Shown: positions 1 to 9,797, numbered from the stretch's first letter. The stretch: 64,000 nt of DNA from Clostridiales bacterium (GCA_017961515.1 JAGCXC010000094.1:9222-73221), one strand, 5' to 3'. The notes: generated by a model from the sequence alone, not told the origin. Program-made: numbers and translations.

Positions 1-1421
1 GCAACTGTAATCTCTTTATCTTCTATATCCTCAGTTAATTCTATATCCAATGCATTACCAACACCATCACAAACTCTGACTGCTGTTGTATCATCTGTAA
101 TGCTAAATAAACACAATACTGATTCTTTTATCTTGTCATCCAAAAATGGATAAACTCTATTTCCTCTTGAATCCCTTATTACTTCTTCTTCATAAGCCTC
201 TTTGGGTCCCTTTAGTGTAACTATCTTGTAGATTCCACTCTTTAAGTCTGTTGCTTCAACAATACCCTTTTTCTGCTCTCTACTAAAATATACTCTTGCC
301 CTTGCTGATTCTTCGTTACTTTTTTCAATTGTATATCCAGTTTCATCACTTCCATCAGCACTATATGAAATAATAACTGGAATATCTTTATCCAATACCA
401 ATGGTATTACTAACTCTCCTGGTTTAGGGTTATCTTCAGTTCCCATCTCATATTCTAAAACTAACTTTGTTGTACCAGAAGGTACGTTAGTATAAACATG
501 TCCTCCATTTATAGCAAGATCAACATCTTCTCCAGCCGCTGTCTTTATTCCTGTTAATTTGTACTCTGTTTCTATGTCCAAAGCTATTTGTGAACCATCA
601 ATATTTCTTGTATTATATACAATTTTAAATGGAATCTCTTCTTCTGCTGGTACCTCAAGTTTAGTAGCATTACCTAAAATATCATATATCATAAAATACT
701 CGTCTTCAGGCTCTAGCATATACTTTAATTCAACTTCTTTATCTCTTTCTTTCTCTCTTAAAACTACCCTATTAAGTCCGCACGCATCTTCTATTCTGTA
801 TACTTTAGTTTTATCAGTAAATTTTGCTTGCAAGTACCACCCTTGATTATTTGTAGATCTATACTGTATCAATGATTCCTTTTCACATGTAGGTCCATCA
901 TTATCTACTTCTGCATCAATCTCATTAAATGAAATTTCTATCCCATCATCATTAGAATTATTATTCTTTAAAATTACATATTCTGTATCTTTTGGAACCT
1001 CTATTACTACAAGTGCACTTTGTTGGCCCTTTACTGCACCTACATACTCTTTTAGCGCTTTGTTCGCGTCGGGTAAATATATACCTTCCAATTTTCTATT
1101 TTTATCAGACTCTTTTATTTCTATTTGGTATCTTGTGTATGTATTTTCTACAGTATCCTTTAACACGTCATTTTCGTAGGCATCCTCTTTCTGCACTTCT
1201 ACTTTGCGTCCATACTGATCTAGTTCTTTATTATAATAAACATCTTTCATGTGAGTTATTTTGTAACTCATAACGGCATGTGCTTCTTGACTAAACAATA
1301 CTACGCTTAATAAAGAGAGTCCCATTGCTAACAGTATTTTTTTAGTTTTATCTGAAAATAGCGTGTAACCCCCATTTTTCATTTCTTGAAACTTTTTAGT
1401 CATTCTTGTTGTCTTGAACAT
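1..1421 (-). CDS. Secreted protein of unknown function, N-terminal part only (gene runs off the left edge of the window)
   Basis: Absent from the ORF track because there is no stop codon inside the window. The minus-strand frame is open from 1421 to base 1 (about 473 codons). The ATG at 1421 lies 8 nt downstream of AGGAGG (1430-1435). The N-terminus MFKTTRMTKKFQEMKNGGYTLFSDKTKKILLAMGLSLLSVVLFSQEAHA looks like a Sec signal peptide. Plus-strand ORFs 559..846 and 992..1273 are antisense shadows of this gene. Confidence 0.75.
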   Translation of the reverse strand, partial: MFKTTRMTKKFQEMKNGGYTLFSDKTKKILLAMGLSLLSVVLFSQEAHAVMSYKITHMKDVYYNKELDQYGRKVEVQKEDAYENDVLKDTVENTYTRYQIEIKESDKNRKLEGIYLPDANKALKEYVGAVKGQQSALVVIEVPKDTEYVILKNNNSNDDGIEISFNEIDAEVDNDGPTCEKESLIQYRSTNNQGWYLQAKFTDKTKVYRIEDACGLNRVVLREKERDKEVELKYMLEPEDEYFMIYDILGNATKLEVPAEEEIPFKIVYNTRNIDGSQIALDIETEYKLTGIKTAAGEDVDLAINGGHVYTNVPSGTTKLVLEYEMGTEDNPKPGELVIPLVLDKDIPVIISYSADGSDETGYTIEKSNEESARARVYFSREQKKGIVEATDLKSGIYKIVTLKGPKEAYEEEVIRDSRGNRVYPFLDDKIKESVLCLFSITDDTTAVRVCDGVGNALDIELTEDIEDKEITV

Positions 1422-1612
1422 TAGCCATTCCTCCTTGAAATAATTTGTTTGAGTAATATACTGCTATTATCATCCCTAACAACCTTAAGGCTAAAACATT
1501 TCTATTACACTTGAATATTCTCGTCCATTCTTCTTTTTAAATTAACTTATTTTTACTTTTGTTAATAAAATTTCTTTTGATGTATTTTTTTGAATGTTAT
1601 CTACAAATAATA

Positions 1613-1654
1613 CCTAAAAAAAGATTTCTAAAAACTTTTTTGTCTTTAGAAATC
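1613..1654 (-). terminator. Rho-independent terminator downstream of rbr
   Basis: Perfect 10-bp stem: GATTTCTAAA (1623-1632) pairs with TTTAGAAATC (1645-1654) across a 12-nt loop. On the minus strand it is followed by a run of 7 T (plus-strand A-run 1616-1622). Confidence 0.75.
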
Positions 1655-1661
1655 CTCTTTA

Positions 1662-2201
1662 CTAATAGTTCTCTGCTTTGATTTGGAAGTACGCTTTAGG
1701 ATGTTCACATACTGGACATATCTCTGGAGCTTTCTTTCCTATATGGATGTGTCCACAATTACCACACTGCCATATCATATCCTGATCCTTCGAGAACACC
1801 AGCCCTCCTTGGACATTCTTCAAAAGCTTCCTATATCTCTCCTCGTGCTCCTTCTCTATCTTTCCTACCGCTTCAAACAAATATGCTATTTTTGTAAAGC
1901 CCTCTTCTTTCGCCTCTTGAGCAAATTTCGCATACATGTCGGTCCACTCAAAGTTCTCTCCATTTGCTGCATCCAACAAATTCTCATCTGTAGCTGGTAC
2001 CCCATCATGTAATAATTTAAACCAAATCTTTGCATGCTCCTTCTCATTCTCCGCTGTCTCTTTAAATATGTTTGCTATCTGCTCATATCCCTCTTTCTTT
2101 GCTTTTGCCGCATAATACGTATACTTGTTACGAGCTTGCGATTCTCCTGCAAATGCTGCCATAAGATTCGCTTCTGTCCTTGATCCTTTTAATTCTGGCA
2201 T
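1662..2201 (-). CDS. rbr: Rubrerythrin
   Basis: Ferritin-like diiron domain ([38 protein letters not shown]) plus a C-terminal rubredoxin-like CGNCGH...CPVC. The likely start is MPELKG at 2201, not the ORF-track start at 2273. The extra 24 codons are AT-rich leader with no RBS. Confidence 0.93.
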   Translation of the reverse strand: MPELKGSRTEANLMAAFAGESQARNKYTYYAAKAKKEGYEQIANIFKETAENEKEHAKIWFKLLHDGVPATDENLLDAANGENFEWTDMYAKFAQEAKEEGFTKIAYLFEAVGKIEKEHEERYRKLLKNVQGGLVFSKDQDMIWQCGNCGHIHIGKKAPEICPVCEHPKAYFQIKAENY

Positions 2202-2301
2202 ACTTAACTTAAGTCCCCTTTCTCTTTGATTTTCGTAAAATATGTTTACCCATATAGTATATTTTATTCTCACGCTTTTTTCAAGTCAATATAACTCTTA
2301 A

Positions 2302-4722
2302 TTACTCCCTCGTTTTGCCATTCTTATCTACGTGCGTAATTTCCTCACACATGCACGCTCTTTTCTTTTCCTTATTTGATTCCCCTCTCTCCTCTTCTCC
2401 TAATAACTTGTAAAACCTATCTTTATCTTTCGCTTTTCCTGGATTTATTGCTCCTTTTCCTATAAGATATTTAGTCATCTTTATATCTTCTCTCTCAAAT
2501 GCTATTCCTACTGCCGTCCATCCACTATTGTCTATATTGTACACTAGTTCACTTTGTTTATTAACTAATGTTTCTACCACCTTCATATATCCTCCTTGAC
2601 ACGCATGCATCAATAAGTCTTTGCCGTTTTTGTCGACCATATTTACATCAACGCTATCTATCATAGCGTCTATTATAAATGCCATACTTTCGCCTTGCTC
2701 TAGCGCATACATCAATACACTTTTATCCCTAGCATCTTTTAACTCTACATTTGCTCCTCTCTCTACTAACTTTCTTGCTATATCAACATTCCCTCTTCTT
2801 ATTGCGTACATCAATGCACATCTTTTGTTCTTATCTGATTCATCAACATTAATCCCTTTGTCTAATAGCTTTGTTACTTTTTCTATTGTGCATCCACCAA
2901 TAATTAATTTAAGCAACACGTATTTTTCTATATTCTTTTGCTCATTCTTATTTATTTCCACTCTCTTTTCCACTTCTTTTGCACCGTAACTTTTCAATAT
3001 TTTTCTAATGTTTTCATTTACAGCCACCTTAAGGTATATTTCATCTTTCGTTACATCTATTCCCGTATCTAATAATTGCCTTACCTTAGCCTCATCTGAT
3101 TGTCTACACGCATCTATCAATCTATATGATATCTTTGCAGTAAGTATCCCATTAACATAATTTAATATATTTTTTCTGCCACATAATTCATCTATTATAT
3201 ATTTGTCATCCTTTATATATTGCAGAGATTCTATTGTTTTTTTAACGCCAAATCTGTCTACTAAATATCGTGTAACCTCTCTATTCGATTTACTAAAACA
3301 TTTTCCAAGACTTCCTGGCCCTATTATTCCCTCAGTGTCTAATATCTTAGCTAGTTCATTTATGTTACCATCCCTACAAGCAACTAACATCTTTTCTTTG
3401 TTTTTATTCTTAAGAATATTTAATATTACTTTATTTTTTGCCAAGTTTAGTGGTTTATCCCCACTGTCATTAACTGCATTTATATTTACTCCGTCGTATG
3501 ACAATAATTTTTTTATTATCTTTAAGTGCCCCTCTCTACATGCTACGTGCAATAGCGTATCTCCATTTTTTACAATTTCATTTACATTTTGATTTGATAA
3601 TAATTCGGTTACTATATCTGTGTACCCTTTGTAACATGCTGCACCAATTGGTGTGATTCCTTCAATATTAGCCTTATTCTTATCTGCACCCGCTTCAAGC
3701 AATTTTTTTACTACATCAATATGTCCCTTTTGGCTTGCTAAATATAGTGGCGTAACTTCTCTGCTGTTAGTTACATTTACATTTGCACCTGCCTTAATCA
3801 ATTTATCCACTATAGGCAGGCATCCATTATAGCAGGCTAAATATAGTGGAGTCTCTTCCCCATTCCTGGATTGCTCTGTATTCGCACCAGCCTCAAGCAA
3901 TTTTTCTACCACAACTACCCGCTTGTTCATACACGCAACATATAAAGGTGTAATTCCTTGGTTTGCTAGCTTATCTATATCTGCTCCCGCCTCCAAAAGC
4001 TTTTCTACTACTCCTGCATACCCTAACTCACTTGCTATATGTAATGGTGTACAACCATCGTCTCCACCCTTATTTATATCTGCTCCTGCCTTTATCAACT
4101 CATCCAATATCTCTTTCTGATTAACTGTACACGCCACATACGTTGGTGTTGTACCCGTATTATCTTCTGCATTTACGTCTACCCCAACCTTTAATAATAT
4201 CTCTACCACATTTTTAAATCCATAAAAGCACGTTACATGTAGTGGCGTATACCCATTTTCATCTGGTATATTTACATCTGCTCCTGCCTCTAATAATTTC
4301 TTTAATACATCCAATTTCCCCTTTTTACATGCTTTATACGCAGGTGTAGTTTTCGATTTATCTAACGAATTTACGTCTGCTCCTACCTCCAACAGTTTTT
4401 CTACTATTTTTTTATATCCACAATAACTCGCCAAATGTAGCGGTGTATATCCATCTATATCCTTCACATCTACTTTTGCTCCCAAACTCAATAATCTTTC
4501 TACCACCTTCAAGTTTCCTATTTCACACGCCCTATGTAGTGGTGTAGTTCCTCTTTCATTTACTGCATTTATGTCTTTGCCTTCTATTATCTTCAAATAA
4601 CCCTTTTTCTGCGCTTCGTATAATGGCACAAGCCCAGAACCATCAATGTCCTTGTCAAAATCAGTTTTTAATATTTTACTTGTTTTGGAAAATTCCATTT
4701 TTTCATTCTTTTCTGCTCTCAC
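2302..4722 (-). CDS. Ankyrin-repeat protein (~806 aa): about 13 N-terminal ANK repeats, a non-repeat middle, and more ANK repeats near the C-terminus
   Basis: Repeated 33-aa units of the form G.TPLH.A...G...VV..LL..GA.VN throughout. The probable start is GTG at 4722, 6 nt after AAGGAGG. There is no signal peptide or TM segment. Confidence 0.9.
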   Translation of the reverse strand: MRAEKNEKMEFSKTSKILKTDFDKDIDGSGLVPLYEAQKKGYLKIIEGKDINAVNERGTTPLHRACEIGNLKVVERLLSLGAKVDVKDIDGYTPLHLASYCGYKKIVEKLLEVGADVNSLDKSKTTPAYKACKKGKLDVLKKLLEAGADVNIPDENGYTPLHVTCFYGFKNVVEILLKVGVDVNAEDNTGTTPTYVACTVNQKEILDELIKAGADINKGGDDGCTPLHIASELGYAGVVEKLLEAGADIDKLANQGITPLYVACMNKRVVVVEKLLEAGANTEQSRNGEETPLYLACYNGCLPIVDKLIKAGANVNVTNSREVTPLYLASQKGHIDVVKKLLEAGADKNKANIEGITPIGAACYKGYTDIVTELLSNQNVNEIVKNGDTLLHVACREGHLKIIKKLLSYDGVNINAVNDSGDKPLNLAKNKVILNILKNKNKEKMLVACRDGNINELAKILDTEGIIGPGSLGKCFSKSNREVTRYLVDRFGVKKTIESLQYIKDDKYIIDELCGRKNILNYVNGILTAKISYRLIDACRQSDEAKVRQLLDTGIDVTKDEIYLKVAVNENIRKILKSYGAKEVEKRVEINKNEQKNIEKYVLLKLIIGGCTIEKVTKLLDKGINVDESDKNKRCALMYAIRRGNVDIARKLVERGANVELKDARDKSVLMYALEQGESMAFIIDAMIDSVDVNMVDKNGKDLLMHACQGGYMKVVETLVNKQSELVYNIDNSGWTAVGIAFEREDIKMTKYLIGKGAINPGKAKDKDRFYKLLGEEERGESNKEKKRACMCEEITHVDKNGKTRE

Positions 4723-4998
4723 AATTATCCTCCTTATATCTCTAGCTACCGCCACATTTTATATATTATTCTATTTTACCTTCACTACCCTAACTTTTTT
4801 GTCAAATAATAACTATAAACTGACTACCAGATTATATAATACTTTGCACAAATTGTAAACAGTAATATGTAACATAATCATTAATGTTTTTTTATCTCAA
4901 ATACCTTTTTAGAGGAGGCCGTAAAATATAGAAATGTATAAAATTTTCCATTGGAATCTATATAAAAGTCACTTTCAATTGTTTTTAAAATACTTTTC

Positions 4999-5029
4999 AA
5001 AAAAAAAGGGAGAAAATCACATTTCCCCC
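4999..5029 (-). terminator. Rho-independent terminator downstream of the superoxide reductase gene
   Basis: On the minus strand GGGGGAAA-UGUGAU-UUUCUCCC forms an 8-bp stem (one G-U pair) at 5008-5029, followed by a run of 9 U (plus-strand A-run 4999-5007). Confidence 0.8.
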
Positions 5030-5051
5030 AAAAATAATAATTAAAAATATC

Positions 5052-5429
5052 TTATATGCTTTTTGCAAAAAAACCATGTAAATTGCAATAAGCGTACAAT
5101 GTGCCTTTACCCATATTCAAAAATCTCGCTTCTGCTTTTTGCTCTGGATATAACTTTACAATATCACATCTATCACCTGTTACATACGCGATAAATGACA
5201 TATAGTGTTCTTTTGTCATACCATGAGTCATAGAAACATAATACTCATTTTCAATAGTATCACAAGTCATTGTGTGCTTCTCATTCTCTGGCATTGGCTC
5301 TAATGCCTGCAAATTAGAACCACAACAGTAAACTTTACTATCTACCATTGAATGAATTATGTTTCCACAAATCGGGCATACATAAAATTTGGATTTTGAC
5401 ATATCTTTCTGTGTACTTTGATTATTCAT
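5052..5429 (-). CDS. dfx: Desulfoferrodoxin-type superoxide reductase (2Fe-SOR)
   Basis: N-terminal desulforedoxin-like C-x2-C...CC (YVCPICGN...VYCCGS). Centre II ligand pattern: EKH, THGMTKEH and a C-terminal YCNLHG. AGGAGG lies 9 nt upstream of the ATG. Confidence 0.88.
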   Translation of the reverse strand: MNNQSTQKDMSKSKFYVCPICGNIIHSMVDSKVYCCGSNLQALEPMPENEKHTMTCDTIENEYYVSMTHGMTKEHYMSFIAYVTGDRCDIVKLYPEQKAEARFLNMGKGTLYAYCNLHGFFAKSI

Positions 5430-5521
5430 TTTTGTATTCCTCCTGTAATTTAGAATTTTTCTTTATACTAAAGCACAACTAGTACTTTTCTAAGTATAAA
5501 TACAAAAATTTGTGACATCCT

Positions 5522-5718
5522 CCCCTACCTACACCTCAAATTTTTGCCATAAAATTCTCGGTGTGGAGGTAGGGGCTTCCTTTTGCAACAATGTGCAAAC
5601 AGTCGGTTCTCCTTCGATAGCACTAATGTGCTAAGACAGTACGATGCTTATCCCGTGTGCCCCACGGTTTTTTATTTTCTATGTTGCAATTCATCTCACC
5701 ACCTATAGAGGTGGGAGA
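5522..5718. ncRNA. Candidate structured RNA or cis-regulatory leader; family and strand unresolved
   Basis: Five hairpins are packed into about 200 nt of non-coding sequence between the rplL terminator and dfx. They lie at 5522-5575 (14 bp with a 2-nt bulge), 5583-5598, 5618-5633 (6 bp, tetraloop), 5653-5667 (followed by T6 on the plus strand) and 5694-5718 (9 bp with a 1-nt bulge). No ORF with an RBS is present. Confidence 0.3.
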
Positions 5719-5735
5719 ATTCTTGCTAATATCTG

Positions 5736-5767
5736 TTAAAAAGCTCGTTACTACAAACGTAACGAGC
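5736..5767 (-). terminator. Rho-independent terminator of the rplJ-rplL operon
   Basis: 9-bp perfect stem: GCTCGTTAC (5743-5751) pairs with GTAACGAGC (5759-5767) across a 7-nt loop. U5 follows on the minus strand. It begins 27 nt after the rplL stop. Confidence 0.85.
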
Positions 5768-5793
5768 CTTTATCGAACAATTATGTAAAATAA

Positions 5794-6174
5794 TTACTTT
5801 ATTTCTACTGTTGCTCCGATTTCTTTAAATTTAGCTTCTATTGAAGCTGCTTCGTCTTTTGATACACTTTCTTTTAATGTAGCTGGTGCAGAACTTACTA
5901 GATCTTTAGCCTCTTTTAATCCTAATCCTGTAAATTCTCTTACTAATTTAATAGCTTGTATCTTCTCTGATCCACCGTCTTTTAATACAACAGTAAACTC
6001 AGTTTTTTCCTCTGAAGCTGCTGCTCCACCTGCTGCCGGTGCTGCTGCTACTGCTACTGGAGCTGCTGCTGATACACCAAACTTCTCCTCTAATTCTTTT
6101 ACTAACTCTGATAACTCTAAAACTGTTAAAGCCTCTACTTCTTCAATTACCTTTAATACTTTTTCACTAGCCAT
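5794..6174 (-). CDS. rplL: 50S ribosomal protein L7/L12
   Basis: Typical L12 sequence: Ala/Pro hinge ([18 protein letters not shown]) and C-terminal domain [18 protein letters not shown]. The ATG at 6174 is 8 nt after GGAGGA. The ORF-track TTG at 6180 is too close to the RBS. Confidence 0.97.
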   Translation of the reverse strand: MASEKVLKVIEEVEALTVLELSELVKELEEKFGVSAAAPVAVAAAPAAGGAAASEEKTEFTVVLKDGGSEKIQAIKLVREFTGLGLKEAKDLVSSAPATLKESVSKDEAASIEAKFKEIGATVEIK

Positions 6175-6215
6175 TTTCAATATCCTCCATTTGTCAAATT
6201 ATTTTTTTTATTTTT

Positions 6216-6749
6216 TTACGCATTTGCTTTTTTCTCTGCAATCGCATTCAATGCAACAACTAGTCCTCGTAAATTTCCGTTAAGAACATTTACAAAGCCT
6301 GCAATTGGTGAATTGAATCCTGCAAGTACTTTCGCAATAAGCTCTTCTCTTGATGGTAACTCTGACAACTCTTTTATCTTCTTCTCGTCAAAGATACTTC
6401 CCTCTACTATTCCTATTTTTACTTCAAGATGCTCAAACTTTTTAGCAAACTCCTCTATCACCTTAGCAGGAGCTACAACATCCTCATAACTATATGCTAT
6501 AGCTGTAGGTCCATTTAAATACGCATCCACTTCACTATAACCACTATTGTTCATAGCAAACCTAGTAAGTGTATTCTTCACAACTTCATACTTAACATTT
6601 GCTTTTCTAAGAGCAGTTCTAAGTTCTGTATCTTGCTCAACTGTCAATCCTCTATAATCAACAAGTACAACTGTCTTCGAATTAGAAATCTTTTCTGTAA
6701 GTTGCTCAACTATAGTCTTTTTAGCCTCCAATATTTGCTTACTTGGCAC
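6216..6749 (-). CDS. rplJ: 50S ribosomal protein L10
   Basis: L10 family sequence in the conserved position upstream of rplL. GTG start preceded by AGGAGGAGG. Confidence 0.96.
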   Translation of the reverse strand: MPSKQILEAKKTIVEQLTEKISNSKTVVLVDYRGLTVEQDTELRTALRKANVKYEVVKNTLTRFAMNNSGYSEVDAYLNGPTAIAYSYEDVVAPAKVIEEFAKKFEHLEVKIGIVEGSIFDEKKIKELSELPSREELIAKVLAGFNSPIAGFVNVLNGNLRGLVVALNAIAEKKANA

Positions 6750-6979
6750 TATTGTTCACCTCCTCCTAAATATACCGGCAATACAAACAAGCCCTCAATA
6801 GGTTCTGCCTACGAGGACTTGTTTTAGAGTATATTTTTTAGACAACACTTAAACAAAATCCTCGGTAGGTAAATTTTTATATATTCTATATAGAATACAA
6901 CCTACTGTCTTCGGCATAATGCATTTACAAAAGATATTATATACTATAAATTAACCTTTGTAAATAGTTTTTTTTATTA
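6750..6979 (-). promoter_or_regulatory. rplJ 5' leader, probable L10(L12)4 autoregulatory leader
   Basis: A 230-nt untranslated gap lies between rplA and rplJ, with strong hairpins at 6788-6821 and 6864-6908. Firmicute rplJ operons are known to carry an L10-binding leader in this position. The family assignment was not verified by covariance model. Confidence 0.55.
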
Positions 6980-7675
6980 TTATTCCATAACCTTTGCAGG
7001 ATTAATTTTTATTCCAGGACCCATTGTAGACGCAATAACCAAGCTCTTTATGTATTGGCCTTTTGAAGCCGATGGCTTTGCTTTAACTACTGCCGCTAAT
7101 AATGTGCGGAAGTTTTCTGTTAATTTTTCTGTCCCAAATGACGCCTTTCCTATTGGACAGTGTATAATATTAGTTTTATCTAATCTATACTCTATCTTTC
7201 CGGCCTTTATATCAGCTATGGCTTTTGTTATATCCATTGTAACTGTACCTGCTTTAGGATTTGGCATTAACCCCTTAGGTCCTAACACCTTACCTAGTCT
7301 ACCAACTACACCCATCATGTCAGGAGTTGCTACTACAACATCAAACTCAAACCAATTGTCATTTTGAATTTTTGCTACTAAATCTGCATCCCCTACATAA
7401 TCAGCTCCGGCCTTCTCTGCTTCAGTAGCTTTATCTCCCTTAGCAAATACTAACACTCTTACTTTTTTCCCTGTTCCATGAGGTAACACAACCGCACCTC
7501 TTACCTGCTGATCCGCGTGCCTTGAATCTACTCCAAGTCTTATATGAACTTCTATTGTCTCATCAAACTTAGCCTTCGCTGTTTGCTGAACCAAACCTAA
7601 TGCCTCTTCAGGATCATATAATTTCAACTTATCAACAAGTTTTGAACTTTCAGCATACTTCTTTCCTTTTTTCAT
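6980..7675 (-). CDS. rplA: 50S ribosomal protein L1
   Basis: L1 family sequence ([32 protein letters not shown]). Conserved rplK-rplA order. Confidence 0.97.
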   Translation of the reverse strand: MKKGKKYAESSKLVDKLKLYDPEEALGLVQQTAKAKFDETIEVHIRLGVDSRHADQQVRGAVVLPHGTGKKVRVLVFAKGDKATEAEKAGADYVGDADLVAKIQNDNWFEFDVVVATPDMMGVVGRLGKVLGPKGLMPNPKAGTVTMDITKAIADIKAGKIEYRLDKTNIIHCPIGKASFGTEKLTENFRTLLAAVVKAKPSASKGQYIKSLVIASTMGPGIKINPAKVME

Positions 7676-7731
7676 ATTATTTCACTCTCCTTGTGGTAAA
7701 TTTTACGGAAACTCCTAAATTTCCTCCCACA

Positions 7732-8178
7732 TTAACTATTAACGTTAACTGGTTTGCCTTCTACTACTATACCCATACTTCTCGCTGTACCTGCAACCAT
7801 ATTTGCAGCTGCTTCTACTGTCGCGGCATTTAAGTCAGGCATTTTCTGCTCAGCAATCTTTAATACCTCATCCCAAGATATTTTTGCTACCTTATCTTTA
7901 TTAGGTTTTCCTGAGCCACTCTCAATCTTACACGCTTTCTTTAACAACACAGATGCAGGTGGTGTCTTTAACACAAACGAAAATGATCTGTCAGCATATA
8001 TAGTAATAACTACTGGTATTACTAATCCTGCATCTTTCGCTGTCTTCTCATTAAACTCCTTACAAAACCCACCAATATTAACACCATGCTGTCCTAAAGC
8101 TGGTCCTACCGGTGGAGCCGGAGTTGCTTTTCCTGCACTAATCTGTAATTTTACAACGGCTGTAACTTTTTTAGCCAT
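7732..8178 (-). CDS. rplK: 50S ribosomal protein L11
   Basis: [35 protein letters not shown] is the canonical L11 N-terminus. The ATG at 8178 follows GGAGGTGG. The 14 extra N-terminal codons in the ORF track are unlikely to be translated. Confidence 0.96.
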   Translation of the reverse strand: MAKKVTAVVKLQISAGKATPAPPVGPALGQHGVNIGGFCKEFNEKTAKDAGLVIPVVITIYADRSFSFVLKTPPASVLLKKACKIESGSGKPNKDKVAKISWDEVLKIAEQKMPDLNAATVEAAANMVAGTARSMGIVVEGKPVNVNS

Positions 8179-8317
8179 CTTTTCCACCTCCCAATTTTTT
8201 ACAAAACGCGAATAATACACTTAACCTTAGGTGCATAGTTCACTTTTTAATATAACAAACACCTGTAGGTTGATACTAACCTACCAGCGTGTATTTTATC
8301 AACAAATTAACTATTTG

Positions 8318-8854
8318 TCAACCTATAATTTTTTGTATCTGCATAAATTCTAACTCAACTGGTGTCTCTCTACCAAACATAGCTACAGACACTCTAACTC
8401 GTTTCTTCTCCATATTTATCTCTTCAACTGTACCTATAAAATTCTCTAGTGGCCCCGTCACTATTTTAACACTATCTCCAACTTCAAAATCCACAACCGT
8501 GCTCTCTTCTACTCCCATAGCCCTCATTTCAGAATCTGATAGCGGAACAGGCTTAGTTCCAGCTCCTACAAATCCAGTTATTCCTCTTACTCCTCTTACA
8601 GCTCCCCACGAATCATCATTCATGACCATCTTTATTAAAACGTAATTAGGAAATACCTTTCTTAGTGTAGTCTTTCTCTTTCCCGCTTTTATCTCGGTTC
8701 TCTCTTCCATCGGAACAACAATATCTACTATATAGTTCTGCATTCCTCTGTTCTCTACCATCTTCTCTAAGTTGGCTTTCACTTTGTTCTCATAACCAGA
8801 ATATGTATATACCACGTACCACTTAGCTTCATTCGATGAATCACTCAACTCCAT
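8318..8854 (-). CDS. nusG: Transcription termination/antitermination factor NusG
   Basis: NGN domain (KWYVVYTYSGYENKV) plus a KOW motif (GDSVKIVTGPLENFIGTVEEI). Conserved secE-nusG-rplK order. Confidence 0.96.
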   Translation of the reverse strand: MELSDSSNEAKWYVVYTYSGYENKVKANLEKMVENRGMQNYIVDIVVPMEERTEIKAGKRKTTLRKVFPNYVLIKMVMNDDSWGAVRGVRGITGFVGAGTKPVPLSDSEMRAMGVEESTVVDFEVGDSVKIVTGPLENFIGTVEEINMEKKRVRVSVAMFGRETPVELEFMQIQKIIG

Positions 8855-9044
8855 CTAATTCCCTCCCTTCCTAATAGGTATGGTAAAACTTTTCCAAAAC
8901 CTAAATACTTTAACAACATATAAGCCTCTTGATATAGCCCAATAAGTCTATTAGAAACCTAATCACTTACGGCATCACAAGAAGCATATTTCTTATGTTT
9001 TTTTTGCATGTCAACACCTTGAAACAATAACCATGTCAAAATAT

Positions 9045-9290
9045 TTATCTGTATATCCAAGAAGCTAATTTACTGAATAATCCGTCCGCAACCCATATGA
9101 GCATTCCAGTTAACAAAGTAAATACCAACACAGTTACCGTATTATTGATTAGCTGAGCTCTATCAGGCCAAACTACCTTTTTTAACTCATTCTTCATATC
9201 TTTAAAATAATTTCTAAAATTTTTCATTTTTTTATTAACCTTTGCTTCCTTATTATCATCCATTTTTATATCCCTTGCTTCTCCTGTCAT
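9045..9290 (-). CDS. secE: Preprotein translocase subunit SecE
   Basis: Small protein with a single C-terminal TM helix (TVTVLVFTLLTGMLIWVADGLF) and the motif ELKKVVWP, positioned between rpmG and nusG. The start may be the internal Met (MDDNKE). Confidence 0.88.
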   Translation of the reverse strand: MTGEARDIKMDDNKEAKVNKKMKNFRNYFKDMKNELKKVVWPDRAQLINNTVTVLVFTLLTGMLIWVADGLFSKLASWIYR

Positions 9291-9325
9291 ATTTTCACAT
9301 CTCCATTATTTAAGAAGTATTTTTA

Positions 9326-9475
9326 CTATTTCGTTTCCTTGTGTGCAGTATGCTTTCTGCAAAATCTACAATACTTGCGCATTTCTAATCTATCAGGATC
9401 ATTCCTTTTGTTTTTCTTTGTATCATAATTTCTTTGCTTACACTCTGCACATGCCAATGTAATCTTTACTCTCAT
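9326..9475 (-). CDS. rpmG: 50S ribosomal protein L33
   Basis: Translated by hand; it falls below the ORF-track length cut-off. Sequence: [49 protein letters not shown] (49 aa). It has the zinc-ribbon CxxC...CxxC form of L33 and the canonical position upstream of secE. Confidence 0.93.
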   Translation of the reverse strand: MRVKITLACAECKQRNYDTKKNKRNDPDRLEMRKYCRFCRKHTAHKETK

Positions 9476-9732
9476 TTCTACACCCCCATATATTCTTAAC
9501 ATTGATTTTACCTACACTATATATTCTCCTAAAATTCAAACTACCTCAAAGAAAAATAATGTACACCTAAACTATTGGCAGCTAACATTACATACTTTTA
9601 TGTAATGAAGACAAAAAAACTCACCAATCTAATAAGCCAGTCATTAATTTATCATATATATTGTCAAAAGTCAATACTAAATATTTTTCCTTATATGGAC
9701 TTTTTTTGTTTATATACCATTTTCTTATATTG

Positions 9733-9760
9733 TTGACAAACTTTCTTTTTTTGATACAAT
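9733..9760 (+). promoter_or_regulatory. Sigma-A type promoter for the orphan plus-strand gene
   Basis: TTGACA (9733-9738), a 16-nt spacer, then TACAAT (9755-9760) preceded by TGA (extended -10 TGnTACAAT). Confidence 0.7.
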
Positions 9761-9797
9761 GTATAGTTGTATTAATATTGCAAAAAGGAGTTATATT

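Noticed and set aside
559-1273. Plus-strand ORFs 559..846 and 992..1273
   Set aside because: They have low-complexity Ser/Leu/Phe-rich translations and no RBS. They lie entirely antisense to a long open minus-strand frame that has a signal peptide and RBS.
1662-2273. N-terminal extensions in the ORF track for rbr (2273), rplK (8220), rplL (6180), pdp (29784), GT4 (59611), ANK D (23830), ANK E (25629) and ANK 787 (50632)
   Set aside because: In each case an internal start codon has a properly spaced Shine-Dalgarno sequence and matches the canonical family N-terminus. The extension has no RBS or abuts it.
8221-8317. Hairpin between nusG and rplK considered as a distinct regulatory RNA
   Set aside because: It is a single bulged 9-bp stem (around 8261-8285) followed by a T-rich stretch. 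It is adequately explained as a nusG terminator/attenuator or the L1-binding leader of rplK-rplA, and I could not verify it further by eye.
9586-9607. Palindrome CATTACATA-CTTT-TATGTAATG with TTATGTAA half-sites resembling the XerD arm of Firmicute dif
   Set aside because: The left arm does not resemble a XerC arm, and the central spacing is not the 6 bp of dif. The window shows no switch in gene orientation of the kind expected at a terminus. It is more simply a stem-loop in the rpmG 5' leader.
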